Below are positions 29,732 through 39,735 of a stretch of DNA of 64,000 nt, piece after piece; position 1 is the first letter of the stretch, and each line of letters begins with the position of its first letter. Origin of the DNA: a virus. The notes beneath the pieces are model-generated. The model was given only the letters and a program-made list of their open reading frames with translations, searched no databases and was not told where the DNA came from. The DNA is taken from positions 1 through 64,000 of the IMG/VR virus record IMGVR_UViG_3300000553_000014; one strand, given 5' to 3'. The position numbers and the translations under genes were made by a program.

Positions 29732-30207
29732 TAACCGAATTTAAAGAAGAATATTGTTGGTTAAGTAATTTTCATCCTTGTAAAATAATTCTTAATAATT
29801 TAGAATATCCTTCAGTTGAACATGCTTATCAATCTGCCAAATCAAATGATATTGAATGGAAAAAATATTGTCAAAATTCAAATAATTATGCTGGCAAAAT
29901 TAAAATAAATTCAAAAAATATTATTAAACATAAAGATTGGGAAGACCATAAAATTACAATAATGTATTTATGTTTAATTCAAAAATTTGAACAAGAACCT
30001 TTTAAAACAAAATTAATTCAAACTAAACATGAAAGAATTAAAGAAGGAAATAATTGGGGAGATAAATTTTGGGGAATTGATATTAAAACAAGTAGAGGTG
30101 AAAATGTTTTGGGTAGATTAATAGAAAAAATTCGAACAAAACTAATACAAGAAAAAAATGGAAAATCAAAAAATACAACAAAAGAAAAATTCAGTATTTC
30201 TGAATAA
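29728..30207 (+). CDS. NADAR (YbiA-like) family protein
   Basis: LSNF, YPSVEHAYQSAK, KFEQ, EGNNWGDKFWG, GENVLGRL. Confidence 0.9.
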   Translation: MITEFKEEYCWLSNFHPCKIILNNLEYPSVEHAYQSAKSNDIEWKKYCQNSNNYAGKIKINSKNIIKHKDWEDHKITIMYLCLIQKFEQEPFKTKLIQTKHERIKEGNNWGDKFWGIDIKTSRGENVLGRLIEKIRTKLIQEKNGKSKNTTKEKFSISE

Positions 30208-30418
30208 ATCTTTAAATAAATATTATTTAACTGATTTAAAACTTCGTAAATTATGTGAATATAAATTTAATTTATTAAATAAAATTCAAATAATTTATAA
30301 CCAAAATGAATTTAAACTTATTTATCCAGATAATTTTGATAAAATGTTAGAATATTTTGATAAATTAATTTCAAATCGTAAACAATTTTTATTAGAAAAA
30401 TATATAAATTTGAATTAA
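30158..30418 (+). CDS. Hypothetical protein
   Basis: ORF 86 aa. Confidence 0.6.
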   Translation: MENQKIQQKKNSVFLNKSLNKYYLTDLKLRKLCEYKFNLLNKIQIIYNQNEFKLIYPDNFDKMLEYFDKLISNRKQFLLEKYINLN

Positions 30419-30420
30419 TT

Positions 30421-30633
30421 ATGATTAAAAAATTTATTAAATGGTTTTTAAAACCAGGAAAACAATATTCTTTTACTTTGCCTCATATATTTTATTATGG
30501 ATGTAATGATTATCATTGGATAAGATTTTATAAATATACTGGGCTAAGTTTTCTTTATGGAACAACAGTTAATTTTGAAAGTTTTTTTACAATTACTTTT
30601 GATAAAAATAAAATTTTAATTGAAAAAAATTAA
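30421..30633 (+). CDS. Hypothetical protein
   Basis: Coupled ORF. Confidence 0.6.
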   Translation: MIKKFIKWFLKPGKQYSFTLPHIFYYGCNDYHWIRFYKYTGLSFLYGTTVNFESFFTITFDKNKILIEKN

Positions 30634-30635
30634 TT

Positions 30636-30908
30636 ATGAATTGTATAATAATAACATGTATAAAATGTATTAAAAGTTACGAACTTTATAAACAAGAACA
30701 ATGTGATAATTGTTCAAAATTTGAATGGATAATATTTAAAACTGAAGAACTTTGTAATGAAGAATACAAAAAACAATTTCCTGAGCAATTTAATGAAAAA
30801 GGAATTTATAAAGAAAATTTACCAAAATGTAATAAACCATTAGAAAATTGTCAAAAATTTTCAAATCATGGATTTAGTGCTTGTCCAGTTTGTCAAGAAT
30901 ATTATTAA
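30636..30908 (+). CDS. Cys-rich small protein
   Basis: CIKC, CDNC, CPVC. Confidence 0.7.
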   Translation: MNCIIITCIKCIKSYELYKQEQCDNCSKFEWIIFKTEELCNEEYKKQFPEQFNEKGIYKENLPKCNKPLENCQKFSNHGFSACPVCQEYY

Positions 30909-30921
30909 TATTAAATAAATT

Positions 30922-31452
30922 ATGGAAAAAACAAAAAATCAATATTTAGCTGAAAAAATAGTTGAATATTATAAATCAATTAGTTTTGAAAAATATAAAG
31001 ATACTGAAATAGGATTAATTGAAGTTTTAGATTCATATAGTAAACAATATGATGAAAAATCTAAAAATGAAATTAAATTAGTTAAAAATATTTTGGGTCA
31101 AAATTTAGAAGATGTTAATTTAGTTATAAATAATTCAGAATTAACTCAAGCACAAAGATGTTGTAAAGATTTTTTTGATATTGAAAAACATATTGCATTA
31201 TTTAAAGAAAGAGAACATTATCGAGAAATTATTGCAGAACAATCTTATGATGTTGGAAGAAAAATTTGGCTTGAATTAGAAGTTGTTGATAAAGAAATGT
31301 CTCATTTTTTATTTAAATGGATGTATGGAAAATTTGAAGATATTTATAATATTCCTTTTGGTTGTAAATTACATGTAATATCTTGGGTTCCTCCTGGTGG
31401 TGAAGTTTTAAAAAATAAATTAATTGAGTTTTTAAATGAAAATTTCAAATAA
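30922..31452 (+). CDS. Hypothetical protein
   Basis: ORF 176 aa. Confidence 0.75.
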   Translation: MEKTKNQYLAEKIVEYYKSISFEKYKDTEIGLIEVLDSYSKQYDEKSKNEIKLVKNILGQNLEDVNLVINNSELTQAQRCCKDFFDIEKHIALFKEREHYREIIAEQSYDVGRKIWLELEVVDKEMSHFLFKWMYGKFEDIYNIPFGCKLHVISWVPPGGEVLKNKLIEFLNENFK

Positions 31453-31455
31453 AAT

Positions 31456-31785
31456 ATGGAAGAAAAAATTAAAAAAAATCAAATTATATCTAATAATATT
31501 TTTCGTTATTTTATTAGAATACAATTTCCTGATATTAAAGACCAGTTAACAAATGATGATTTAGATGCTTTAAATGAAGGATTTAATGAATATTTGAATA
31601 AAATACCTGAAGAAAAAAGAAATAATTTTTTACCAAATAAAGAAACTGATTTAATTGTAAATATAACTAATCCTTTATATTTTAATGGATTTCATCCAGC
31701 ATTTGTATTACATTTTACAGAATTTATTAAAACAGAACAAATGAGAATTGAATTGGAAGAAAATAAATCAGAAAATAAAAATTAA
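31456..31785 (+). CDS. Hypothetical protein
   Basis: Coupled ORF. Confidence 0.7.
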   Translation: MEEKIKKNQIISNNIFRYFIRIQFPDIKDQLTNDDLDALNEGFNEYLNKIPEEKRNNFLPNKETDLIVNITNPLYFNGFHPAFVLHFTEFIKTEQMRIELEENKSENKN

Positions 31786-31786
31786 T

Positions 31787-32145
31787 ATGATAAAATCAGA
31801 TTTTAAAAAAGTTAATAAATTTTTGAAACAGTTAAATTCAACAGAATACCTTTATCTTAAACATACTATGGATGTTGTTGATATGATAAATATTCTTATC
31901 AAAAATATAAATATTCTAAAGAATTATTTTTAGAATATTTTAAAATAAATGAATTTGATTATTCTCATTTTATTTCAGGTGATTGGAATTATAAACTTAG
32001 TGATATTACAACTTGTCAATTTTTATTAAATTATTTTACTCGTCGAACTTTTGAAATTGAAATGGCAACAAAAGAAGAAAATGAAGAAAAAATTAAAAAA
32101 TGTACTGAATGTAATAATCCAAATTTAAATTGTTGTCAATGTTAA
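31787..32145 (+). pseudogene. Frameshifted gene (about 119 aa if repaired)
   Basis: Adding one A to the A5 run at 31901-31905 joins MIKSDF... to ...KELFLEYF...CTECNNPNLNCCQC. Confidence 0.65.
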
Positions 32146-32181
32146 TATATAATAATTATTAACATATTAAATAAATATTTT

Positions 32182-32571
32182 ATGGATTTTGGTTTAGATT
32201 TTGATGGTTCATGTGTAACAAATGATTACCCAAAAATTGGGCAAGATATTGGTGCAGTTCCAGTACTTAAAAAATTAATTGAAAATAATCATCGTTTAAT
32301 TCTTTTTACTATAAGAAGTAATTTTAATGGGAAAACAGATTTAGATGCTGCTGTTGAATGGTTTAAAAATAATGATATTCCACTTTATGGAATAAATGAA
32401 AATCCAACTCAAGCTAATTGGAACTCAAGTCCAAAAATCTTTGCAGATTTTTATATAGATGATTTAGCTGTTGGATGCCCTTTAAAACTTGATAGAAAAT
32501 TATCTTTAAATCCGTTTATTGATTGGAAAATAATGGAACAATGGTTAATTAACGCACAACTAATAAAATAA
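32182..32571 (+). CDS. HAD-superfamily phosphatase (BT0820-like)
   Basis: DFDGSCV, LFTIRS, SPKIFADFYIDD. Confidence 0.85.
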   Translation: MDFGLDFDGSCVTNDYPKIGQDIGAVPVLKKLIENNHRLILFTIRSNFNGKTDLDAAVEWFKNNDIPLYGINENPTQANWNSSPKIFADFYIDDLAVGCPLKLDRKLSLNPFIDWKIMEQWLINAQLIK

Positions 32572-32575
32572 TTTT

Positions 32576-32785
32576 ATGGAATTAAAAGCATTACCTTTAA
32601 ATATTGAATATAATAATCTTAATGAAAATGAACCAGAACATCAACAAATTTGTATAGCTTCAAATGGAAAATTTAATTATATTCTTGGTTTATATGATAA
32701 AGATACAAAACATTTTGTTAATGAAAGAGGTACTGTTCCAAAAGATTTTATATATTGGATAAATATGCCAACAAATAAAAAATAA
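32576..32785 (+). CDS. Hypothetical protein
   Basis: Ends YWINMP (DUF551-like terminus, weak). Confidence 0.65.
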   Translation: MELKALPLNIEYNNLNENEPEHQQICIASNGKFNYILGLYDKDTKHFVNERGTVPKDFIYWINMPTNKK

Positions 32786-32808
32786 ATAAATAAATTATTC
32801 AGAACTCT

Positions 32809-32875
32809 AAAGAAAAATGGGTTGAAATTTTTAAGTAAAAATTTCAACCCATTTTTCTTTGAGTTTTTGGATATA
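32809..32875 (+). promoter_or_regulatory. Terminator hairpin fused to phage promoter
   Basis: Perfect 24-bp stem 32809-32860; AACCCAT(32846)-N15-TGGATATA. Confidence 0.85.
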
Positions 32876-32901
32876 TAACTTTAATTGTAAAATATTTTTA
32901 A

Positions 32902-33084
32902 ATGAAATTAATATCAAGTTTTATATTATTATTATTATTTTGGTGTTCTGTTTTTATTTTTATGATTTTAAATTTTATATTTGTTTTAATATTAAAATTA
33001 TTAAAATTATTAGGGGACTATATTATTTTGATTTTAATTATATTGATAATAATAGTATTTTTTAAATATCATTTTAATTTGTAA
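32902..33084 (+). CDS. Small hydrophobic two-TM protein
   Basis: First ATG after promoter; almost entirely hydrophobic. Confidence 0.6.
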   Translation: MKLISSFILLLLFWCSVFIFMILNFIFVLILKLLKLLGDYIILILIILIIIVFFKYHFNL

Positions 33085-33101
33085 ACAACTAATATTTTTA
33101 T

Positions 33102-35747
33102 ATGTTAATCGAAAATAAATTATTAAAATACTTTAAAGGTGATGAACTTGCATCTTTTGTTTGGGAAAGTAAATATAAGTTTAAAGATGAACAAACACCA
33201 AATGATATGTTTATTCGTCATGCTACTGAAATTGGACAAACAGAAATAAAAAGAATATCAAAATTATTACCAAAAAAATTAAATAAATTTCAAAAATTAT
33301 TTATAAAACAAAATGAAATAAAATTTGATTTATTATCTGATTATGGTAAAAGAAAATATCATTCATTAGTACAATTACATAAAAATCCTGAATTAATTTT
33401 AGATGTTTTTGTTAAATTATGTAATTATTCTAATATTGTTTTAGCTGGTTCTTTTTTACAAGGAATTGGAAGACATGAATTTTATTCTTCATTATCAAAT
33501 TGTTTTGTTCTTGGACAACCTTATGATTCTTATTCAGGAATAAATGAAAAAGGAAAAGAAATTACTGAAGTAATGAAACGTCGTGGAGGTGCGGGATTAG
33601 ATTTATCAACTATAAGACCTGCAGGGTCAGCAGTTCATAATCAATCAACTCTATCTTCAGGTGTTGTTTTATTTGCTGAAGGATATTCATCAAAAACAAA
33701 AGAAGTTGCACAATATGGCAGAAGAGGAGCTTTAATGCTTACATTAAGTATTAAACATCCTGATTCTGTTGCTTTTGCAAAAGAAAAACAAGATTTATCA
33801 AAAATAACAGGAGCAAATATTTCATTAAAAATGCCTAACGATTTTATGTTAGCTGTTAAAAATGATGAAGATTATTTTCAATGTTTTCCAATTAATAAAG
33901 AAACATATAAATTAAGATTTGAAGATTTTGAATATAATAAATTAATTGAAATAAAAACTTTAAAATATACTGAAAATATAATTAATTTTTTTAATTTACC
34001 ACAATATGTTAAAAAAGTAAAAGCACGAGATGTTTGGAAAGAAATTACTAAATGTGCCTGGACAACTGCTGAACCTGGACTTGTATTTGAAGATAACTGG
34101 ATTACTTATGGATTAGATGGAATTTACGAACAATATCGACCTATTTCAACTAATCCATGTTCAGAAATACCTATGCAAGCTTATGATGCTTGTCGATTAT
34201 TATCCAAAAATTTATATTCATTAATATCAGAACCATTTACAGAAAATGCTTCAATTGATTATGTTCAAGCATATAATATGTTTTATGAACAATTAGTAAT
34301 TGGAGATATTCTTATTGATTTAGAAATGGAATATATTGATAGAATTATTAATAAAATTAAAAATGGTAAAGACCCTCAAGAATTAAAAGATTTTGAAACT
34401 GGAGTTTGGGAAAAAATAAAAACAACTGCTTTAAAAGGAAGACGTTGTGGAGCTGGTTTTATAGGTTTAGGTGATATGCTTGCAGCAATTAATGAAAATT
34501 ATTATTCTCCTGAAATAATAACAAAATTATTTAAAATTAAAATGCAAGCTGAACTTGATGCAACAATTGATTTATCAATTCTTTATGGTAGTTTTGATGG
34601 ATTTGATTCAAAATTAGAAAGTTCATGTCCAACAGAAATGTTGAAAATGATTAAAAAAGAATTTCCTCATCAATTTGAAAAAATGATGAAATATGGTAGA
34701 CGAAATGTTTCATGGTCAACCGCAGCTCCAACAGGGTCATTATCAATACAAACTCAAACAACTTCGGGAATTGAACCATTATTTTTAGCATATTATATGC
34801 GAAGAAAAAAATGTATTGACCCTTCTGAACGAATTGATTATGTTGACCCTGCAGATGGTCAAAAGTTTACCGAATATCCCGTTTTACATCCAAAATTTGT
34901 GGAATGGTTTAAAATTGCATTAAAATTTGACCGTCAAAAAGTTGAAAGTTTTACAAAAGCTGACCTTGATTATTTTTTCAAAAAATCTCCTTGGTATGGG
35001 AATTGCGCTAATGATTTGAATTGGGAGCAAAGAGTTGAAATTCAATCAATTGTTCAAAAATATACAACACATGCAATTTCTTCAACAATAAATTTACCAA
35101 AAGATTGTAGTATTGATTTAATTGGAGATATTTACATGAAAAGTTGGGAAAGTGGTTTAAAAGGAAATACAGTTTATCGTGAAGGTTCTCGTGGTGGAAT
35201 TTTAGTAAATAATAATGATAAAATTCCAACAAAATTTGAAGCAAGACATGCTCCAAAACGTCCAAGAACATTACCAGCAATTTATCATACATTAAAATAT
35301 AGAAATAAAACTTATTCAGTTGTTATTGGATTTTTTAATGGATTTCCACATGAAGTTTTTGTTATTTCAGGTTTGGATAATTTACCTCAAAATTTTGATG
35401 AAAATGATACAATTAAAGGTTATATTAATAAAGAAGCAAAAGATTGGTATAATTTTGAATCTGAAACATTCTTATTAAAAGATATTTCAGCAATTGAAAA
35501 AGATGAAAAACTTGTATCATTAATGTTATCAGGATTATTACGTCATGGAGCTCCTTTAAAATATGTGATTAAAACTTTAAATAAAACAAATCCAATTGCT
35601 GGAAGTTTTACACATAAATTGATTAAAATAATTTCAAAATATTTAGTTGATATAAATACAGGTGATTTATGTCCTGAATGTCAAACTGAATTAAAACATG
35701 AAAACGGATGTATTTCGTGTCCAGCTTGTGGTTGGTCTAAATGTTAA
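33102..35747 (+). CDS. nrdJ: Class II (adenosylcobalamin-dependent) ribonucleotide reductase
   Basis: SNCFV, RRGALM, TNPCSEI, APTGSLS, TTSGIEP, KGNTVYREGSR; TSCPD-like region and C-terminal CPEC/CPAC ribbon; no nrdB in window. Confidence 0.9.
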   Translation: MLIENKLLKYFKGDELASFVWESKYKFKDEQTPNDMFIRHATEIGQTEIKRISKLLPKKLNKFQKLFIKQNEIKFDLLSDYGKRKYHSLVQLHKNPELILDVFVKLCNYSNIVLAGSFLQGIGRHEFYSSLSNCFVLGQPYDSYSGINEKGKEITEVMKRRGGAGLDLSTIRPAGSAVHNQSTLSSGVVLFAEGYSSKTKEVAQYGRRGALMLTLSIKHPDSVAFAKEKQDLSKITGANISLKMPNDFMLAVKNDEDYFQCFPINKETYKLRFEDFEYNKLIEIKTLKYTENIINFFNLPQYVKKVKARDVWKEITKCAWTTAEPGLVFEDNWITYGLDGIYEQYRPISTNPCSEIPMQAYDACRLLSKNLYSLISEPFTENASIDYVQAYNMFYEQLVIGDILIDLEMEYIDRIINKIKNGKDPQELKDFETGVWEKIKTTALKGRRCGAGFIGLGDMLAAINENYYSPEIITKLFKIKMQAELDATIDLSILYGSFDGFDSKLESSCPTEMLKMIKKEFPHQFEKMMKYGRRNVSWSTAAPTGSLSIQTQTTSGIEPLFLAYYMRRKKCIDPSERIDYVDPADGQKFTEYPVLHPKFVEWFKIALKFDRQKVESFTKADLDYFFKKSPWYGNCANDLNWEQRVEIQSIVQKYTTHAISSTINLPKDCSIDLIGDIYMKSWESGLKGNTVYREGSRGGILVNNNDKIPTKFEARHAPKRPRTLPAIYHTLKYRNKTYSVVIGFFNGFPHEVFVISGLDNLPQNFDENDTIKGYINKEAKDWYNFESETFLLKDISAIEKDEKLVSLMLSGLLRHGAPLKYVIKTLNKTNPIAGSFTHKLIKIISKYLVDINTGDLCPECQTELKHENGCISCPACGWSKC

Positions 35748-35764
35748 AATAATTAAAATCAAAT

Positions 35765-35826
35765 AAAATGAGCAATTAAATCATAAAACATTTGATTGCT
35801 CATTTTTATTTTATTTTATGGATATA
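35765..35826 (+). promoter_or_regulatory. Terminator hairpin fused to phage promoter
   Basis: AAAATGAGCAATTAAAT/ATTTGATTGCTCATTTT; TGCTCAT(35797)-N15-TGGATATA. Confidence 0.85.
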
Positions 35827-35853
35827 AATAATATTAATAAATAATTATCAATA

Positions 35854-36309
35854 ATGGAACAAAATAAAGAAAATTACGAAGATAAATTGTTTGAACAAAG
35901 AAAAAATGAACAATTAAGTTTAAAATTTGATAAATCAATATTAGCACGAATGTATAATAATGATATTGATTTATTTAGGGAAATGTGTATTGAAAGAAAA
36001 GAAAAAAATTTAGGATTTAAAGATACTTCAGAAACAAATCTTAAAAAAGCATTATTTGCTATTTATGAAAATACGGGAGGTGGTGGTTTATCTAATAAAG
36101 ATTCTAAATACCCAGAAGAACGTATTATGTATTATATTGAACAAGCTTTAGAAGAATTTAAACCAATAAAAATTTGGAAAATTCCTATTATTGCAAGTAA
36201 TGAAAGCGTATCAGGAAAAGTTTTTGAATTAAAAGAAAATTCTGAAATATATAATATAATATTTGAACTCAATAATGGAATAATTCCAAACAAAATTAAA
36301 TTTTTATAA
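35854..36309 (+). CDS. Hypothetical protein
   Basis: First ORF after promoter. Confidence 0.75.
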   Translation: MEQNKENYEDKLFEQRKNEQLSLKFDKSILARMYNNDIDLFREMCIERKEKNLGFKDTSETNLKKALFAIYENTGGGGLSNKDSKYPEERIMYYIEQALEEFKPIKIWKIPIIASNESVSGKVFELKENSEIYNIIFELNNGIIPNKIKFL

Positions 36310-36310
36310 T

Positions 36311-37093
36311 ATGGGACTAAGAAAAATACTTCAAAATTTTATATTTGGTAAAAATTTGACAAAAAATTTAGAACAAAAATTAAATCAAATAAATAATACA
36401 ATTCCAACAATTTCTGGTTTAGATGTTGAACAAATATTTTTATTTGATTTTAAAAATTATGCTTCACAGTATAATACTGGATTTGGTAATCAAGTTGTTA
36501 TTGGTAATGGAATAAATCCAGGACATGGAAATGAAGATTCTGATAATTCTCCAGATACTGATAATAAAAAATATGTTAAATTAAAAGTAAAACCTATTGA
36601 TGTTTTAAATCAATTAGAGACTATTCCAACACCTTTTGATTTAATGTTATTAGATGAAAAAATTGAAATTCTTAAAGAAAAAGAAAAATTAATTATTCAA
36701 CATTATTCTAAACGTGAAATTAACGCATTAATAATTCGTTTAGAAAATCGTAAAAAATATTCGGAATATAAAGAATTTTTTGAAAAATTTCAAAATACAA
36801 CTGATGAAAAAATTGATATTTTATTAGATAAATATGAATTAGTTATGAAAACTTCAGATATTTTTATTCCTGAATTTCCAACTGAAGCAATAAAAATAAT
36901 GACCGAATATACTGAAAAAACTATTGCAATAACAACAAAAAAACCAGTTTTTTATGTTATAGCTGAAAATTCAAAATTTCAAAAAGCTTATAAACAAAGA
37001 GACCCAATATTATTAGCTCAAAGTCCATTTGGATTTTATTGGCAAATACTTGGAGCTTGGGATAAAGAAATGTTAATATTATCTGAACTTTAA
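36311..37093 (+). CDS. Conserved phage hypothetical protein
   Basis: C-terminal DPILLAQSPFGFYWQILGAWD. Confidence 0.75.
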   Translation: MGLRKILQNFIFGKNLTKNLEQKLNQINNTIPTISGLDVEQIFLFDFKNYASQYNTGFGNQVVIGNGINPGHGNEDSDNSPDTDNKKYVKLKVKPIDVLNQLETIPTPFDLMLLDEKIEILKEKEKLIIQHYSKREINALIIRLENRKKYSEYKEFFEKFQNTTDEKIDILLDKYELVMKTSDIFIPEFPTEAIKIMTEYTEKTIAITTKKPVFYVIAENSKFQKAYKQRDPILLAQSPFGFYWQILGAWDKEMLILSEL

Positions 37094-37097
37094 AATT

Positions 37098-37643
37098 ATG
37101 GAAAATTTATTACAAATATTAAAAATTTGGTTTACACAACCAATAGTTTTAATAATAATGATTACATTTTTATTTTGGATATTAATAATAACATTATTAT
37201 TTTGGTTTTTAAAAAATTATGTTACAACACATATAAATTATCTTAATTCTTTGTCAAATGCGACTACAAAGCAATTAAGTTCAGAAATTTCAAAGTCGCA
37301 AAGATATGGTTTAATTAATAATATTAAATTTATGAAAAAATTTTTTCAAAAAATTCTTTTAATTATAACAATTGGAGTTCTTTTTGGTGGAATAACTATC
37401 CTTTGTTTAAGATACCAAGATAACGGTAAAAAAATAACAATCCAAACTCAACAAAAAACTTTGGATTCGCTTGCAAATGTTATTCGATTTAAAGACAATC
37501 AACCAAAAACATTTACAAATGACAGTTTGCTTATAAGTATTAAACAAAATAATATTGATTGTCAAGAGTTAATTAAAACTCAATTATTAATAATGAAAAA
37601 TTTAGATAGAAGAATTAGAATATTGGAGGATTATGAATATTAA
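37098..37643 (+). CDS. Two-TM membrane protein with coiled coil (holin/spanin-like candidate)
   Basis: Two hydrophobic helices; adjacent to muralytic gene. Confidence 0.6.
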   Translation: MENLLQILKIWFTQPIVLIIMITFLFWILIITLLFWFLKNYVTTHINYLNSLSNATTKQLSSEISKSQRYGLINNIKFMKKFFQKILLIITIGVLFGGITILCLRYQDNGKKITIQTQQKTLDSLANVIRFKDNQPKTFTNDSLLISIKQNNIDCQELIKTQLLIMKNLDRRIRILEDYEY

Positions 37644-37657
37644 CTAAAAATTAAATT

Positions 37658-38185
37658 ATGTCAAATTATAAATTACTTGTATTTTTTATAATAGTTGTTA
37701 TATTATTATTTGTTAATTTTGAACTTAACAAATCAGCAAAAAATACTGAATTAAAAAAGTCTGAAATTATTAAAGAAAAAACTGATTGGGATTATTTGCA
37801 AGATGCAATAATTTATACTGAAAGTCATGGAATTGATACAATAAAAGGGGAATGTCATAGTTTGGGGTGTTTGCAAATAACTCCAATTTATGTAAAACAA
37901 GTAAATATTATTTCAGGAGCTCATTATACTTTAGATGATAGAAAAAGTAGAAAAAAATCTATTGAAATGTTTGAGATTTTACAAAATCATTATAATCCTG
38001 AAAAAAATTTATTAAAAGCACTTTATTATCATAATCCTAATTATCCTAAAAAATATGAACAAAAAATATTTAGGAAAATAAATGAATTAAAATTTCAGGA
38101 TAAATGTATTAAATGGGAAAAATATAAAGATTATTATTTTCCGAAATTTAAACCAAAAGATACATGTTTTATATTTCATATTTAA
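37658..38185 (+). CDS. Membrane-anchored lysozyme-like/SLT transglycosylase
   Basis: N-terminal TM; AIIYTES (catalytic Glu), GCLQI motif. Confidence 0.75.
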   Translation: MSNYKLLVFFIIVVILLFVNFELNKSAKNTELKKSEIIKEKTDWDYLQDAIIYTESHGIDTIKGECHSLGCLQITPIYVKQVNIISGAHYTLDDRKSRKKSIEMFEILQNHYNPEKNLLKALYYHNPNYPKKYEQKIFRKINELKFQDKCIKWEKYKDYYFPKFKPKDTCFIFHI

Positions 38186-38242
38186 AAAATGGGCAATCAA
38201 AATTAAATTGATTGCCCATTTTTTTTCATTTTTATGGATATA
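38184..38242 (+). promoter_or_regulatory. Terminator hairpin fused to phage promoter
   Basis: Perfect 17-bp stem 38184-38224; TGCCCAT(38213)-N15-TGGATATA. Confidence 0.85.
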
Positions 38243-38275
38243 AAAATTAATATTAATAACTAATTCACAATAAAT

Positions 38276-39718
38276 ATGCACATTAATAAAGATTTAATTG
38301 AAAGAATAAAAATAACAGCTAAAAAATCATTAGCAAATAAAAGAAAAGTTGGAGCAGTTTTGATTGATGAAAATAAAGAAAATCCAGAAATTTTCGTTAT
38401 TTATTCTGATGGATATAATAGAATTAATGAAAAATTATTACCTTATCCAATTGAAAATTCTAAAAATATAACATTTGATTATGTTCTTCATGCTGAAGAA
38501 GATGCAATAATGAATTATGTAAGAACATTAAAAAATAATAATGTTGGAATACGAAATTTAGTTATGTATAATACATATTCTCCTTGTTATCAATGTTCAA
38601 AAATGATTGTTGAATTAGGAATTAAAAAAGTTGTTTATCTTGAAGAACATAAATCAAATTTTATAACTCCTTCAGTTGAAGAAGGTTATTCTCCAAAAGA
38701 ATTTTTAGAAAAATCTGGAGTTGAAGTAATTCATTATAAAGAAGAAGAAATTGAAACAAAAGAAGTTGAAACAAAAGAAATTGCAATAATTTATCATTCA
38801 AAAGATGCTGATGGGTTTATGTCTGCATTTTTATTACGAAATTATTATAATTTTGATGCTTGCAATATTACATTATTTCCATATTGTTATGAAAAAGAAG
38901 CTGAATGGATGTATGGAAATTTTGATATTTATTTGTTTGGAGATATAACACCAACTATAGAATGGTTAGAAAATAATGTTGAATTATTTAATTCACATAA
39001 AAAAATTATAAAAATTTATGACCATCATGAAACAAAATTTAATGAAATATTTAAAATAATTGATAAATATTCATTAGTTATTGATTATCATTTTTATCCT
39101 GATAAATCAGGAGCAAAAATTGTTTATAATTTTTTACATCCAAATCAAAAATTTAATGAAATAATTGATTTAATATCATTATATGATACATGGCAATTTG
39201 ATGCTAAAGATTTTGACCCTGAATTAAAAGAAAATGTAATTGCATTTGATTTACAATTAAAACAATTAAATAAATCAAATACTTATTGGGAATTTGCAAG
39301 TTTAATGAATCAATTAATTGATGAAGATGAAAAAAGAATAAATCAATTTGTTATTGATTCAATTAAAAAAGGTAAAAAATTATTATCTGAAATGCAAATT
39401 GAAATTCAAAAAATAATAAATTCCGGAATTTATAATGAAACAGGATTATTTATTTATTTTGGCAAACCTGAATATTTTATAACTGAAAAAATATATCAAC
39501 AATATCCTGAAACTAAATTTATTATAGCTATGAATAATAAATTAAATGAAGATAAAATATCATTTAGTGTACGTTCTAAAAAATATAATTGTGTAGATTT
39601 TGTAAGGCGATATTCAAAAGATGGAGGAGGTCATTTAGGAGCTGCTGGATTCAATGTAGAAATGTCAGAAGGTTATCGAATAATAGAAAGTTTAAAAATT
39701 TTAACATTAAATAATTAA
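38276..39718 (+). CDS. dCMP deaminase fused to DHH/DHHA1 phosphoesterase
   Basis: KVGAV, GYN, HAEEDAI, SPCYQC; YHSKDADG, YDHH, SVRS, GGGHLGAAG. Confidence 0.9.
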   Translation: MHINKDLIERIKITAKKSLANKRKVGAVLIDENKENPEIFVIYSDGYNRINEKLLPYPIENSKNITFDYVLHAEEDAIMNYVRTLKNNNVGIRNLVMYNTYSPCYQCSKMIVELGIKKVVYLEEHKSNFITPSVEEGYSPKEFLEKSGVEVIHYKEEEIETKEVETKEIAIIYHSKDADGFMSAFLLRNYYNFDACNITLFPYCYEKEAEWMYGNFDIYLFGDITPTIEWLENNVELFNSHKKIIKIYDHHETKFNEIFKIIDKYSLVIDYHFYPDKSGAKIVYNFLHPNQKFNEIIDLISLYDTWQFDAKDFDPELKENVIAFDLQLKQLNKSNTYWEFASLMNQLIDEDEKRINQFVIDSIKKGKKLLSEMQIEIQKIINSGIYNETGLFIYFGKPEYFITEKIYQQYPETKFIIAMNNKLNEDKISFSVRSKKYNCVDFVRRYSKDGGGHLGAAGFNVEMSEGYRIIESLKILTLNN

Positions 39719-39735
39719 CATATAATAAAAAAATA

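Noticed and set aside
33102-35747. Intein or intron in nrdJ (also checked the helicases)
   Set aside because: Motif spacing is normal; no C...HN splice motifs or homing endonuclease seen
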